Assembly: GCF_009914755.1 (NCBI RefSeq)
Contig: NC_060929.1
Length of the DNA stretch: 64,000 bases
Origin: the human T2T-CHM13v2.0 reference genome, Homo sapiens
Reading direction: 5' to 3' (one strand)
The position numbers and the translations under genes are program-made. Each line of letters opens with the position of its first letter. Position 1 is the first letter of the stretch. The notes below the pieces were generated by a model, which worked only from the letters and a program-made list of their open reading frames with translations, was not told where the DNA came from and did no database searches. This document shows positions 1 through 15,879 of this stretch, in pieces.

Positions 1-337
1 CTAAGCCTACGTCTTTAAGCATTGCGTGCTTTCACTTCTTCTCTTGGAACCTCGCTGTTGTCATGTAAAAAACCTCAGCCTGTTGCATGATTAAAGGGAT
101 GTGACCCAGTTACTTCCTTTGCCCCAGTGACCAGTCAGCCAATGACCAACATGTTAGTGAGGTCACCCTAGACCAACCAGGTGACTGCAAACACATGAGC
201 AAGCCCAGTGAAGATCAGCTGAGTCAGGACCAGGTCAACACAACCACCTAGCTGACCCATAGACTCCTGAGCAATATTAAAGGTTGAGTTACTACATCTT
301 AGAGTAATTTGTTATGCTGTGACAGATAACTGATACA
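1..337 (+). mobile_element. MLT1-family (ERVL-MaLR) LTR, 3' part, cut by window edge
   Basis: Ends in MLT1-type terminus gttatgctgtgacagataactgataca (TG..CA end); ccagtgaagatcagc/gacccatagac motifs typical of MLT1F/G/H. Confidence 0.6.
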
Positions 338-605
338 GGGAGATTGACAATCTGGATTTTGGTAAGCCAGATATTAGAAAAGTAAGGATAATTCATTCAT
401 AAATAAAAATAATTCCTAGGTTTCATGTTAATAGCTGTATCAACTTGGGCAAGTTGTTTCAATTTCCTCATCTGATAACTGAAGTTAACAAAGTAGATTC
501 TTTGGGGTGGGTTATTGGGCAGAGCAAATGGGAGAAAGTATGGGGCAGCACGTTATAAAACAGCAGGTTGGCATCATTTCTCTATACTCTGTCCTTTCTT
601 TATTA

Positions 606-686
606 TTAAGGTTGGTACAAAAGTGATTGTGGTTTTTGCCATTGAAAGTAATGACAAAAACCACAATCACTTTTGCAGCAACCTAA
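606..686. mobile_element. MADE1 MITE (Hsmar1 mariner-derived, ~80 bp palindrome)
   Basis: taaggttggtacaaaagtgattgtggtttttgccatt-gaaagt-aatgacaaaaaccacaatcacttttgcagcaacctaa: long inverted arms with a 6-nt spacer, TA on both flanks. Confidence 0.93.
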
Positions 687-1235
687 TAAGACATGAATAA
701 CTTTAGGAAATAATGGCATGGGTGTGTTTTATAAAGTTGAAAGCAACTTGATTTTTACCATGACCTAGGAGACCTTACGTGATCTGGCTGCTCAGTTCTC
801 TTACTTTCCTACCTCTCTCTGTGTCCAGATCAGGGGTGTCCTCTCTGTTCCTCACACATGCCACATGCCTTCCCACATGAGAACGTTTGTACCTGCAGTT
901 CCCTCCACCTGCGATAATATTCCCACCTCTCTCTCTCTCTCTGTTTATGTGAACCACAATTCGGGAACAGTATACTTATAATGCAAATAGGATCATGTGA
1001 AGTAGCACTCTTAGTAATTAATGTATGTTCTCTATTTTGAGTCAGAGCAACCCAAAAGATAAGTAAGGAAAAAAAAAAAACCCTTTGTCTTCTCCTATAG
1101 AGTCCCTTTAATTCACGAATCAGAATCTTGAGCAACCCGGGAGAAGCATTGTGAGTTTCATGAGAGCTGGTCAGGGGGCCTTCAGAAAAGATTGTTTCCC
1201 AGTCATTATTCTCTCTTTCTTTCCCCCCTCTCTTG

Positions 1236-1480
1236 CTTTACTGAGATAATTTTACATCATAAAATTTAACTGTTTTCAATGTACTATTCAATAATCTTTT
1301 TCGTGTATTTACAGAGTTATACAACCACCATCACAATCCAATTCTATCATCCCCAAAAGAAACCCCATACTCGTTTACAGTCACTCTCCATATCACCCCC
1401 AGCTCCAGGCAACCACTAATCTACTTTCTATGTCTATATATTTGTTTTTCTGGATGTTTTCTAGAAATGGAATTATACAA
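1236..1480 (-). mobile_element. Old L1 (L1MB-like) 3' UTR fragment
   Basis: tttacagagttatacaaccaccatcacaatc...ccccaaaagaaacccc...ggcaaccactaatctactttc motifs. Confidence 0.75.
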
Positions 1481-1524
1481 AGGCACACCTCTTTTAATGG
1501 CCTTCTTGCCTTATTCTTTGCATC

Positions 1525-1782
1525 TCAGCTGAAATGTTACCTCCTCTTTCCTTAAACTTCACTGTTATTCTGCGTGTCATCTCCTCATTGTTTTTTGGTA
1601 GAACTTATGCAATTTGTAATTATTTTATTTGTTTCTTTACTTGCTTCTGCCTGCCTATGCTACTAGAATATACTTTTTCTGAGGGCAGGGGCAATTTCTG
1701 TTTTACATTCTACTGTGTCCCAAGACCTACTTAGTGCCAGATGCAGAGTGGATGGATGTCCGGTAAATATTTGCTGGTCGAA
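1525..1782 (+). mobile_element. L2 3' end fragment
   Basis: gagggcagggg...ctgttttacattctactgtgtccc...gtaaatatttgctggtcgaa resembles the L2 terminus. Confidence 0.6.
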
Positions 1783-1802
1783 AAAAGTTTTTAAAAAGTA
1801 CT

Positions 1803-3455
1803 GGGGCAGCAGGATGGTGGAATAAGAGGCCCTAGACTCTCCTTTCCCCCAACAAATACACTGATTCAACAACAATTCATGGACAAATTCCCTTTGTGAG
1901 AAATACAGAAACTAGTTGAGAGGCTCTTTCACCCTGGGTGAGTGCAAAACTTGACACATCAAAGCCAGTAGGAAAATTTGACGCCCTCTCACCTCAACCC
2001 TTACCCCTGGCACAGTGCCATAAGATTGAGAAGAACCACGACTCTAGCTTCCAGCCTCTCCCTGAATAGGGAAAGAATTGAATTGCATGTACAATGCCCC
2101 AGCTTTTTCAGAGGTTCCTGAGGACTGTCTTCTGTCTTGCCAGTCTTGGACCACTGATAGGACCCAGCATACCCTAATCATCTAGAAGAGAGTAAAGATA
2201 GTGGTTTGAGCTGACAGTTGCCATAGCTCCTACCCCAGCTTAGCACAGAGTGAGCATATGAAAAACCCTAGCTCCCAGCTTCTCCCAAGGAACAGCAAGA
2301 GTTGGTCTGCATGCCCAATGCCCCACCTTTTGCAGGCACTGTCCAAATGACTGGAGTTTGTCTTGGAGTGCTGATAGAACCCAGCATAATCTAGCTGCCT
2401 GAGGTCTAGGGTAAACAGAGACAGAGGTTTATTTTATTTTATTTTTTGTTTTTTGCTTGTTGAGAAGGAGTCTTGCTCTGTCACCCAGGCTGGAGTGGCA
2501 TGATCTCGGCTCACTGCAACCTCCACCTCCCGGATTCAAGAAATTCTCTTGCCTCAGCCTCCCGAGTAGCTGGGACTATAGGCGGCACGCCACCATGCCC
2601 GGCTAATTTTTGTATTTTTAGTAGAGATGAAGTGTCAACATGTTGGCCAAGCTGGTCTCAAACTCCTGACCTCAGGTGATCTGCCCGCCTCTGCCTCCCA
2701 AAGTGCTGGGATTACAGGCGTGAGCCACCGTGCCCTGCGGACAGACAGAGGTTTAGGCTGACAGTCTCCGTAGCCCCATTTCCTCACTCAGCACAGAATT
2801 AGTGAATGAAAAACCCTAGCTCCCAGCTTCTCTGTGGGGAGGGAAAGAGACCACACATCCAATGCTCTAACTTTTCTGGATGCTGCCTAAAGAACTGGCT
2901 TCTTTCTTGCCTGTCTCAGAGCATTAATGGAACCTAGCATTCTAGTCACCTGGGGGCTAGTGAAAGAAAGATAGAATTTTTACCTAGCATATAATTAGTC
3001 ATCACTCCCCGCCACCCAGCTTGGTGCACAGTGAGCAGGTAGAAAAAAAAAAACAACACTCAAATTCCAGCTGCTCCTTGGGGGAGGAAAAGAGTTGGAC
3101 AGCGTCTAATGATCTAAGTTTTTGGGGGGCTTCCCAAGGAATTGGCTTCATTTTTCACTTGTCTCAGAGCACCAACTGGACCAAACATACCTGGGAGTCA
3201 CTGAAAATAAAGAAAGCAGGTTGGACTAGCAATAAAAGTTTGAGGCCCCAGAATTTCTGGCTGGGCTGGTTGATGAAGATATTCTCCTATATGAGGCCAG
3301 TCCATGAAGACTAGGAGAGGTGGACTTTTTTTTTCTAATGAGCAGACACCAACACAGTCAAGGTAAATTAATAAATAAATATTCAAGGTGAATGAATAAA
3401 TAGGGAAATATGTTCCAAACAAAAAGGAACAAGATAAATGTCCAGAAATACCCAT
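1803..3455 (+). mobile_element. Old L1 (L1M/L1MA-type) 5' UTR with tandem internal units and the start of ORF1
   Basis: Starts with caggatggtgg (L1 aagatggcg-type start); four related units (ctagctcccagcttctc...agagttgg...caatgccc); ends in ORF1-start-like gggaaatatgttccaaacaaaaaggaacaagataaa. Confidence 0.65.
2432..2740 (-). mobile_element. AluS
   Basis: Full dimer in antisense; TSD agacagaggttta at 2419-2431 and 2743-2755. Confidence 0.95.
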
Positions 3456-3473
3456 CATAAAGATGCTTACTGA

Positions 3474-6191
<2,718 letters not shown>

Positions 6192-6307
6192 ATGATGAAT
6201 AGAAGTGGTGAGAGTAGGCATCCTCGCCTTGTTCCTGTTCTTACGGAGAAAACTTTCTGTTTTTGCAATTGAGTATAACGTTAGCTGTAGTTTTTACATA
6301 TATAGGC

Positions 6308-6936
<629 letters not shown>

Positions 6937-7886
6937 TATATGGCCTTTATTATATTGAGGCAATTTCCTTCTATTCCTAGTTTGTTGAGTTTTCTTTTTT
7001 TTCGTGAAAGGATATTGAATTTTGTCAAATACTTTTCCTGCATTTATTGAGATGATCATGTGATTTTTATCCTTTATTCTGTTAACGTGGTGTATCACAT
7101 TAATTGATTTTTATATGTTTAATCATTCTTGCATCCCAGGGATAAATTCCCCTTGGTCATGGTGTATGATCCTTTTAATGTGCTGTTGAATTTTGTCTGC
7201 TATCCTTTTATTAAGGATTTTTACCTCTATATTCATCAGGGATATTGACTTGTAGTTTCTTTTCACGTGGTGTCTTCGTCTAGCTATAATAGCAGAGTGA
7301 TGCTCTTCTTATTAAATGAGGTTATAAGTATTCCCTCCTCTTCAAATTTGCTGGAGAATTTGAGAAGTATTTGTATTAATGCTTCCTTAAATGTTTGGTG
7401 GGATTCACCAGGGAAGTAATTTGGTCCTGGGCTTTTCTTTGTTTGGAGTTTTTTTTTTTTGTTGTTGTTGTTTTTTAAATTAATGATTCAATCCCTTTGT
7501 TAGTGATAGGTTTGTTCAGACTTTTTTTTTATTAGACAATGTAAATTTATCATACTGATATTGTTTACAAAGATTAAAAAAATTTTATAACCACAGATTA
7601 TTGGGGAACAGGTGATGTTTGGTTACATGAGTAAGTTCTTTAGTGGTGATTTGCGAATTTGTAGTCATTTATCCCTCACCCCGTTTCCATCCTTTCCCTC
7701 TGAGTTTCCAAAGTCCGTTGTGTCATTCTTATGCCTTTGCATCCTCATAGCTTAGCTCCCACTTGTGAGTGAGAACATACAATGTTTGGTTTTACATTCC
7801 TGAGTTACTTTACTTAGAATAATAGTCTCCAATCTCATCCAGGTCACTGTGAAAGCCATTAATTCATTTCTTTTTATGACTGAGTA

Positions 7887-9346
7887 GTGTGTATATATAT
7901 ATATGTATATATATGTATATATATAATATATATGTATATATATAATATATATGTATATATATAATATATATGTATATATGTATATATTATATATATGTAT
8001 ATATAATATATATGTATATGTATAATATATATGTATATATGTATATATAATATATATGTATATATGTATATATAATATATATGTATATATGTATATATAA
8101 TATATATGTATATATGTATATATATAATATATATTATATATGTATATATAATATATATGTATATATGTATATATATAATATATATGTATATATGTATATA
8201 TAATATATATGTATATATGTATATATATAATATATATGTATATATGTATATATATAATATATATGTATATATGTATATATATAATATGCATGTATATATG
8301 TATATATATAATATGCATGTATATATGTATATATAATATGTATGTATATATGTATATATATAATATGTATGTATATATGTATATATAATATGTATGTATA
8401 TATGTATATATATAATATATATTATATATGTATATATATAATATATATGTATATATGTATATATAATATATATGTATATATGTATATAATATATATGTAT
8501 ATATATAATATATATGTATATATGTATATATATAATATATATGTATATATGTATATATAATATATATGTATATATGTATATATAATATATATGTATATAT
8601 GTGTATATATAATATATATATTATATATATGTATATATATAATATATGTATATATGTATATATATAATATATATGTATATATGTATATATATAATATATG
8701 TATATATAATATATGTATATATGTATATATAATATATATGTATATATATATATGTATATACGTATATATAATATATATGTATATACGTATATATAATATA
8801 TATGTATATACGTATATATAATATATATGTATATACGTATATATAATATATATGTATATACGTATATATAATATATATGTATATACGTATATATAATGTG
8901 TATATATATGTATATATGTATATATATAATGTATATATAATATATATGTATATATGTATACATAATATATTATATATGTATATATATTATATATGTATAT
9001 ATAATATATATGTATATATGTATATATGTATATATGTATATATAATATGTATGTATATATGTATATATGTATATATATAATATATATGTATATATGTGTA
9101 TATATAATATATATGTATATATGTATATATAATATATATTTATATATGTATATATAATATATATGCATATATGTATATATATTATATATGTATATATATG
9201 TATATATATGTATATATGTATATATAATATATGTATATATGTGTATATATATGTATATATACAATATACATATATATACACACACACATATATACACATA
9301 CACACACTATATATATAAAAAAATATATATATTTTATATGTATATA
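7887..9346. repeat. ~1.45 kb AT-rich (TA)n-derived minisatellite (unit ~25 bp, e.g. TATATATAATATATATGTATATATG)
   Basis: Directly visible; lies at the gtgtatatatacc tract of the L1 ORF2 C-terminus. Confidence 0.98.
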
Positions 9347-9358
9347 CCACAGTTTCTT

Positions 9359-9666
9359 TTTTCTTTCTTTCTTTTTTTTTTTTGAGATGGAATCTCACTT
9401 TGTCGCCCAGGCTGGAGCACAATGGCATGATCTAGACTCACCGCAACCTCTGCGTCCTGGGTTCAAGTGATTCCCCTGCCTCAGCCTACCAAGTAGCTGG
9501 GATTACAGGCATGCACCACCACACCTGGCAAATTTTTGTATTTTTAGTAGAGATGGGGGTTTTGCTATATTGGCCAGGCTGGTCTTGAACTCCTGCCCTC
9601 AGGTGATCTACCTGCCTTGGCCTCCCAAAGTGCTGGGATTACAGGCGTGAGCCACCTTACCCAGTC
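9359..9666 (-). mobile_element. AluS
   Basis: Antisense dimer; TSD tatataccaca(g/a)tttcttt at ~9341 and 9667. Confidence 0.95.
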
Positions 9667-12600
9667 TATATACCACAATTTCTTTATCCACTCGTTGATT
9701 GATGGGCATTTGTGTTGGTTCCATGTTTTTGCAATTGCAAATTGTGCTGCTGTAAACATACATGTGCAAGTATCTTTTTCATATGACTTCTTTTCCTTTG
9801 GTTAGACACCCAGTAGTGGGATTGCTGGATCAAATGATAGTTCTATTTTTAGTTCTTTAAGAAATATCCACACTGTTTTCCATAATGGCTGTACTACTTT
9901 ACATTCCCACCAGCAGTGTAGAAGTGTTCCCTGTTCACCGAATCCATGCCAACATCCACTATTTTTTGATTTTTTGCTTACGGCCATTCTTGCAGGAGTA
10001 AGGCGGTATCGCATTGTGGTTTTGATTTACATTTCCCTGTTTATTAGTGATGTTGAGCATTTTTTCATGTTGTTGGCCATTTGTGTATCTTCTTTTGAGA
10101 ATTGTCTATTCATGTCCTTAGCCTCCTTTTTGATGGGATTTTTTTTCTTGTTGATTTGTTTAGTTCATTGTAGATTCTGGATATTAGTCTTTTGTCAGAT
10201 GAATAGATTGTGAAGAATTTTTTCCCACTCTGTGGGTTGTCTGTTTACTCTGCTGACTGTTCCTTTTGCTATGCAAAAGCTCTTTAGTTTAGTTAAGTCC
10301 CAACAATTTATCTTTGTTTTTATTGTATTTGCTTTTGGGTTCTGGGTCATGAAATTCTTGCCTAAGCCAATGTCTAGAAGGGTTTTTCCAATGTTATCTT
10401 CTACAATTTTTATAGTTTCAGGTCTCAGATTTAAGTCCTTAATCCATCTTGAGTTGATTTTTTTTATAAGGTGAGAGATGAGGATCCAGTTTCATACTCC
10501 TACCTGTGGCTATCCAATTATTCCATCACCATTTGTTGAAAGGGATGTCCTTTCCCCACTCTATGTTTTTGTTTGCTTTGTCGAAGATCAGTTGGCTGTA
10601 AGTATTTGAGTTTATTCTTGGGTTCTCTATTCTGTTCCATTGGTTTGTGTGCCCATTTTTCTACCATGATGTTTTGGTGACTATAACTTTATAGTACAGT
10701 TTGAAATCAGGAAATGTGATGCCTCCAGATTTGTTCTTTTTGTTTAGTCTTGCTTTGGCTATGGGGCTCTTTTTTGGTTTCATATGAATTTTAGAATTTT
10801 TTTTCTTCTAATTCTGTGAAGAAAGACGGTGGTATTTTGATGGGAATTGCATTGAATTTGTAGATTGCTTTTGGCAGAATTGTCATTTTCACAATATTGA
10901 TTCTACCCATCCATGAGCATGGGATGTGTTTCCATTTGTTTGTGTTGTCTATGATTTCTTTCAGCAATGTTTTGTAGTTTTCCTTGTAGAGATCCTTCAT
11001 CTGCATGGTTAGGTATATTTCTAAGTATTTTATTTTTATGTTTTGCAGCTATTGTGAAAGGGGTTGATTTCTTGATTTGATTCTCAGCTTGGTTGTTGTT
11101 GGTGTATCAAAGAGCTACCAATTTGTGTACATTAATTTTGTATCTGGAAACGTTGTTGAGTTCTTTTTTATCAGTTATAGGAGCTTTCTGGAGGAGTCTT
11201 TAGGGTTTTCTAGGTAAACGATCATATCATCAGCAAACAGTCACAGTTTAACTTCCTCTTTATCAATTTGGATGCCCTTTTTTTCTTTCTTTTGTCTGAT
11301 TACTCTGGCTAGGACTTCCAGTGCTATGTTGAAGAGGAGTGGTGACAGTGGGCATCCTTGTCTTGTTTCAGTTGTCAGAGGGAATGCTTTCAACTTTTTC
11401 CCATTCAGTATTATGTTGGCTGTGGGTTTGTCATAGGTGACTTTTATTATGTTGAGATATGTTCCTTATGTGCTGATTTTGCTGAGAGTTTTAATCATAA
11501 AGAGATGCTGGATTTTGTCAAATGCTTTTTCTGCATGTAATGGGATGATCATGTAATTTTTGTTTTTAATTCTGTTTATGTTGTGTTATCACATTTATTG
11601 ACTTGGGTATGTTAAACCATCCCTGCATCTCTGGTGTGAAACTCACTTAATCATGGTGGATTATCTTTTTGATATATTGTGGATTTGGTTCGCTAGTGTT
11701 TTGTTAAGGATTTTAGCATCCATGTTTATCAGGGATATTAGTCTGTAGTTTTCTATTTTGTTATGTCCTTTCTTGTTTTTGGTATTAGGGTGATACTGGC
11801 TTCATAGAATGATTTAGGGAGGATTCCCTCTTTCTCTATCTTGTGGAATAGTGTCAATAGGATTGGTACCAATTCTTCCTTGAATGTCTGGTAGAATTCT
11901 GCTGTGAATTTGTCTGGTCCTGGACTTTTTTTTGTTGGTTATTTTTAAATTATCGTATCAGTCTCGCTGCTTGTTATGGGTCTGTTCAGGGTATCTAATT
12001 CTTTCCGATTTAAGCTAGGAGGGTTGTATCTTTCCAGGAATGTATCCATCTCTTCTAGGTTTTCTGGTTTATGCATGTAAATGTGTTCATAGGAGCCTTG
12101 AATGATCTTTTGTATTTCTGTGGTGTCAGTTGTAGTAGCTCCTGTTTTGTTTCTTATTGAGCTTATTTAGATTTTCTCTCTTCTCTTCTTGGTTAATCTT
12201 GCTAATGGTCTATCAATTTTATTTATCTTTTCAAAGAACCAGCTTTTTGTTTCATTTATCTTTTGTATTTTTTTTCTTTAAATTTCATTTAGCTCTGCTT
12301 TGATCTTGGTTATTTTCTTTCTTCTGCTGGGTTTGGGTTTGGTTTGTTCTTGGTTCTCTAGTTTCTTGAGGTGTGACCTTAGATTCTCTGTGCTCTTTCA
12401 GACTTTTTGATGTAGGCATTTAGTGCTATAGACTTTTCTCTTAGCACTGCCTTTGCTGTGTCCTAGAGGTTTTGATAGGTTGTGTCACTGTTGTCATTCA
12501 GTTCAAATAATTTTTAAATTTCCATCTTGAATTTCATTTTTGACGCGGCGATCATTCAGGAGCAGGTTATTTAATTTCTGTGTATTTGCATGGTTTTGAA

Positions 12601-13896
12601 GGTTCCTTTTGGAGTTGATTTCTGGTTTCATTCTACTGTGGTCTGAGAGAGTGCTTGATACAATTTCAATTTTCTTAATTTGTTGAGGCTCGTTGTGTGG
12701 ACTATCATATGGTCTATCTTGGAGAAAGTTCCCTGTGCCATTGAATTGAATATATATTCTGTGGTTGTTGAGTAGAATGTTCTGTATATATCTGTTAAGT
12801 CAATTTGTTCCAGGGTATAGTTAAATCCATTGTTTCTTTGTTGACTTTCTGTCTTGATGACCTGTCTAGTGCTGTTGGTGGAGTATTGAAGTCCTCCACT
12901 ATTATTGTGTTGCTGTCTATCTTATTTCTTAGGACTATTAGTAATTGTTTTATAAATTTGGGAGCTCCAGTGTTAGGTGTATATATGTTTAGGATTGTGA
13001 TATTTTCCTGATGGACAAGGTCTTTTATCGTTATATAATCTCCCTCTTTGTCTTTTTAAATGGCTGTTGCTTTAACATTTGTTTTGTCTGATATAAGAAT
13101 AGTTACTCCTGCTTGCTTTTGGTGTCCATTTGCATGAAATGTCTTTTTCCAACTCTTTACCTTAAGTTTGTGGGAGTCCTTCTGTGTTAGGTGAGCCTCT
13201 TGAAAGAAAGCAGAAGATAGTTGCTTGGTGAATTCTCATCCATTCTGCAAATTCTGTATATTTTAAGAGGAGCATTTAGGCCTTTTGAGATGTGAGGTAC
13301 CATTCCATTTATTGTGCTATTTGTTGCCTGTGTACCTTGGTTTTTTGTTTTTGTTTTTTAAATTGTATTTTTGTTTTATAGGTCCTCTGAGATATATGCT
13401 TTAAAGAGGTTCTGTTTTTATTTGTTTCCAGGATTTGTTTCAAGATTTAGAGCTCCTTTTTGCAGTCCTTGTAGTGCTGGCTTGGTAGTGGTGAGTTCCC
13501 TCAGCATTTGTTTGTCTGAAAAAGTCTGTATCTTTCCTTCACATATGAAGCTTAGTTTCATTAGATACAAAATTCTTGGCTGATAATTGTTTTGTTTGAG
13601 GAGGCCGAAGATGGGGCCCCAATCTCTTCTAGCTTTGTAGGGTTTCTGCTGAGAAATCTGCTGTTAATCTGGTAGGTTTTTCTTGCTAGGTTACTGGTGC
13701 TTTTGTCTCACTGGCCTTGAGATTCTTTCCTTCATCTTATCTTTAGATAACCTGATCACAGTGTGGCTAGGTGAAGATCTTTTTGCAATGAATTTCCCAG
13801 GTGTTCTTTGTGCTTCTATTGGATTTGTGCTTCTATTTGGATGTCTAGGGCTCTAGCAAGGCCAGGGAGGTTTTCCTTGATTATTCCCCCAAATAT

Positions 13897-14031
13897 GTTT
13901 TCCCAGCACCATTTATTGAAAAGACTATCTTTTCCCCATTGTAAGTTCTTGGTATCTTTGTCAAAGATGAATTGGTTATAAGTGTGTGGATTTGTATCTG
14001 GGTTCTCTATTCTGTTTCATTGGTCTATATG
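13897..14031 (-). mobile_element. Separate L1 ORF2 fragment
   Basis: ttttcccagcaccatttattgaaaagac...ggttctctattctgtttcattggtctat corresponds to the antisense [16 protein letters not shown] region. Confidence 0.8.
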
Positions 14032-15072
14032 ACTTTACTTCTCTAGCTATAAAAGTCCTAGAAGGCATCTTCTTCTGATAGAAGGCTTCCTTTCTGCATT
14101 GAAAATTTGTTGTTTAGTATAGCCCTTCATCAATTTTCTTAGCTAGAACTTCTGGATAATTTGCTGCAGCTTCTACATCAACACTTTCTGCTTTACCTTG
14201 CACTTTTATGTCGTGGAGATGGCTTCTTTCCTTAAACCTCATGAACAAACCTCTGCTAGTTGCCAACTTTTCTTCTGCAGCTTTTTTCACCTTTCTCAGC
14301 CTTCATAGAATTGAAGAGAGTTAGGGCCTTGATCTGGATTAGGTTTTTAGGTTTGGTTTTAAGAAATGTTGTGGCTGCTTTAATCATCTATCTAGACCAC
14401 TCAAACTTTCTCTGTATCAGCAATAAGGCTGTTTCACTTTCTTATCATTTGTATGTTTGCTGTAGTATTATGTTTAATTTCCTTCAAGGACTTTTCCTTT
14501 GCATTCACAACTTGGCTTTCTGGTGCAAGAGGCCTAGCTTTCTGCCCGTCTTGGCTTTCGATATGCCTTCCTCACTAAGCATAATCAATTCTAGCTTTTG
14601 ACTTAAAGTGAGAGCCATGCAACTCTTCCTTTCACTTGAACACTTGAAGGCCATTGTAGGGTTATTAATTAGCCTATTTTAATATTATTGTGTCTCAGGG
14701 AATAGGGAGGCCCACGGAGAGGGAGGGAGACAGGAATGGCTGGTTGGTGGAGCAGTCGGAACACACACAACATTTACCGATTAAGTTCACTCTCTTATAT
14801 GGGCGTGGTTAATGGCACCCAAAAACCATTACAGTAGTAACATCCAAGGTCACCGATCACAGATCACCATGATGGATATAATAAATAATGAAAGCTTGAA
14901 ATATTGTGAGAATTACTAAAGTGCAAAACAGAGACATGAAATGAACGCATGCTGTTAGAAAAACAGTGCCAATAGACTTGCTTAATGAGGAGTTGCCATA
15001 AACTTTCAATTTGTAAAATGCAGTATCTGCAAACCACAATAAAGTGAAATGCAATAAAATGAGGTGTGCTTG
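14032..15072 (-). mobile_element. Tigger1 DNA transposon, 5' ~1 kb (transposase disrupted)
   Basis: TIR caagcacacctcattttattg plus TA at 15073-15074; reverse complement contains acaatggccttcaagtgttcaagtgaaaggaagag (Tigger1 transposase start). Confidence 0.92.
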
Positions 15073-15879
15073 TAATTAAAATCCAATCAAAACAACATGC
15101 TCATGATGGTGACAAAATATTGTCATTAACACTTGAGTGCCTGGTAAGAGCAATGGACCATCCAGTTGTGATACGCATCATTTTAAAATCCTCGATTTTT
15201 GGCTTTAACTTTTCAATGGAGTATATCCCTCCCATGGATGTTTTATATATTTTTCTTATTGATCTTTGTGGCATCTTATAATGAGCTACCTGAGTTTGTG
15301 AGAAATTATTTTGGAATTATAGTAGAAAACATGGAAATAACACATTTATCACTATTATTATTGTTGGAATGAACAACCCAGAAGATATAAGGTGACATTT
15401 AAAAACATTAGTTTTCAAGGATGTAAAGACAAGCGTATCTGAATATATTTTTTTCCACAGTAGGTGGCTGCAAACTTTGTATAAGCCTGGATGTTTATAG
15501 AGTAATAGTCAAGAATAAGTTTACACATTGTTCAAAATAATGTGACATGATTTCAAAAAGTGTTTGCCAAGAATCTGTAATGTTACAGCCACTGTATTAC
15601 ATGTGCACCCACTTGTCATGATAGATGAGCTGAAGTCATGTGACTTGCCCCAGAGGGACACATGAGAGTGTTACATTTGTAACATATATACAGTATTCAA
15701 GGAATATTAATTATTATTCTTATTATAACCAATGAGGTCCGTAGCTAGTGCTTTGCAAAGCTGAGGTACAAACCCTAATCTATCTGATATTCTGAGTCCA
15801 ATAGTAACAAAAAATAATGTGGCACTCAAACACTCTATAGTGAAATAAATAAATATATATGTATATACACACACACATT

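Larger units (their letters stand above)
7585..13903 (-). mobile_element. L1PB-type LINE-1 (3' UTR, ORF2, most of ORF1; 5'-truncated, inactive)
   Basis: L1PB 3' end ttattggggaacaggtgatgtttggttacatgagtaagttctttagtggtg; ORF2 peptides in the track ([16 protein letters not shown].., [10 protein letters not shown].., TWMRLETIILS..); ORF1 antisense at ~13.4-13.9 kb. Confidence 0.92.

Noticed and set aside
7887-9346. Possible CRISPR-like repeat-spacer array
   Set aside because: There are no unique spacers; these are low-complexity tandem units in primate DNA.
7752-9470. 403-aa, 293-aa and other Y/I/H/T-rich ORFs
   Set aside because: They are translations of the TA-rich minisatellite; the only complex part is the L1 ORF2 C-terminus.
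14260-14660. Tigger transposase as a TIGD-like gene
   Set aside because: The element is truncated, and the track shows no long ORF on the transposase (minus) strand here.
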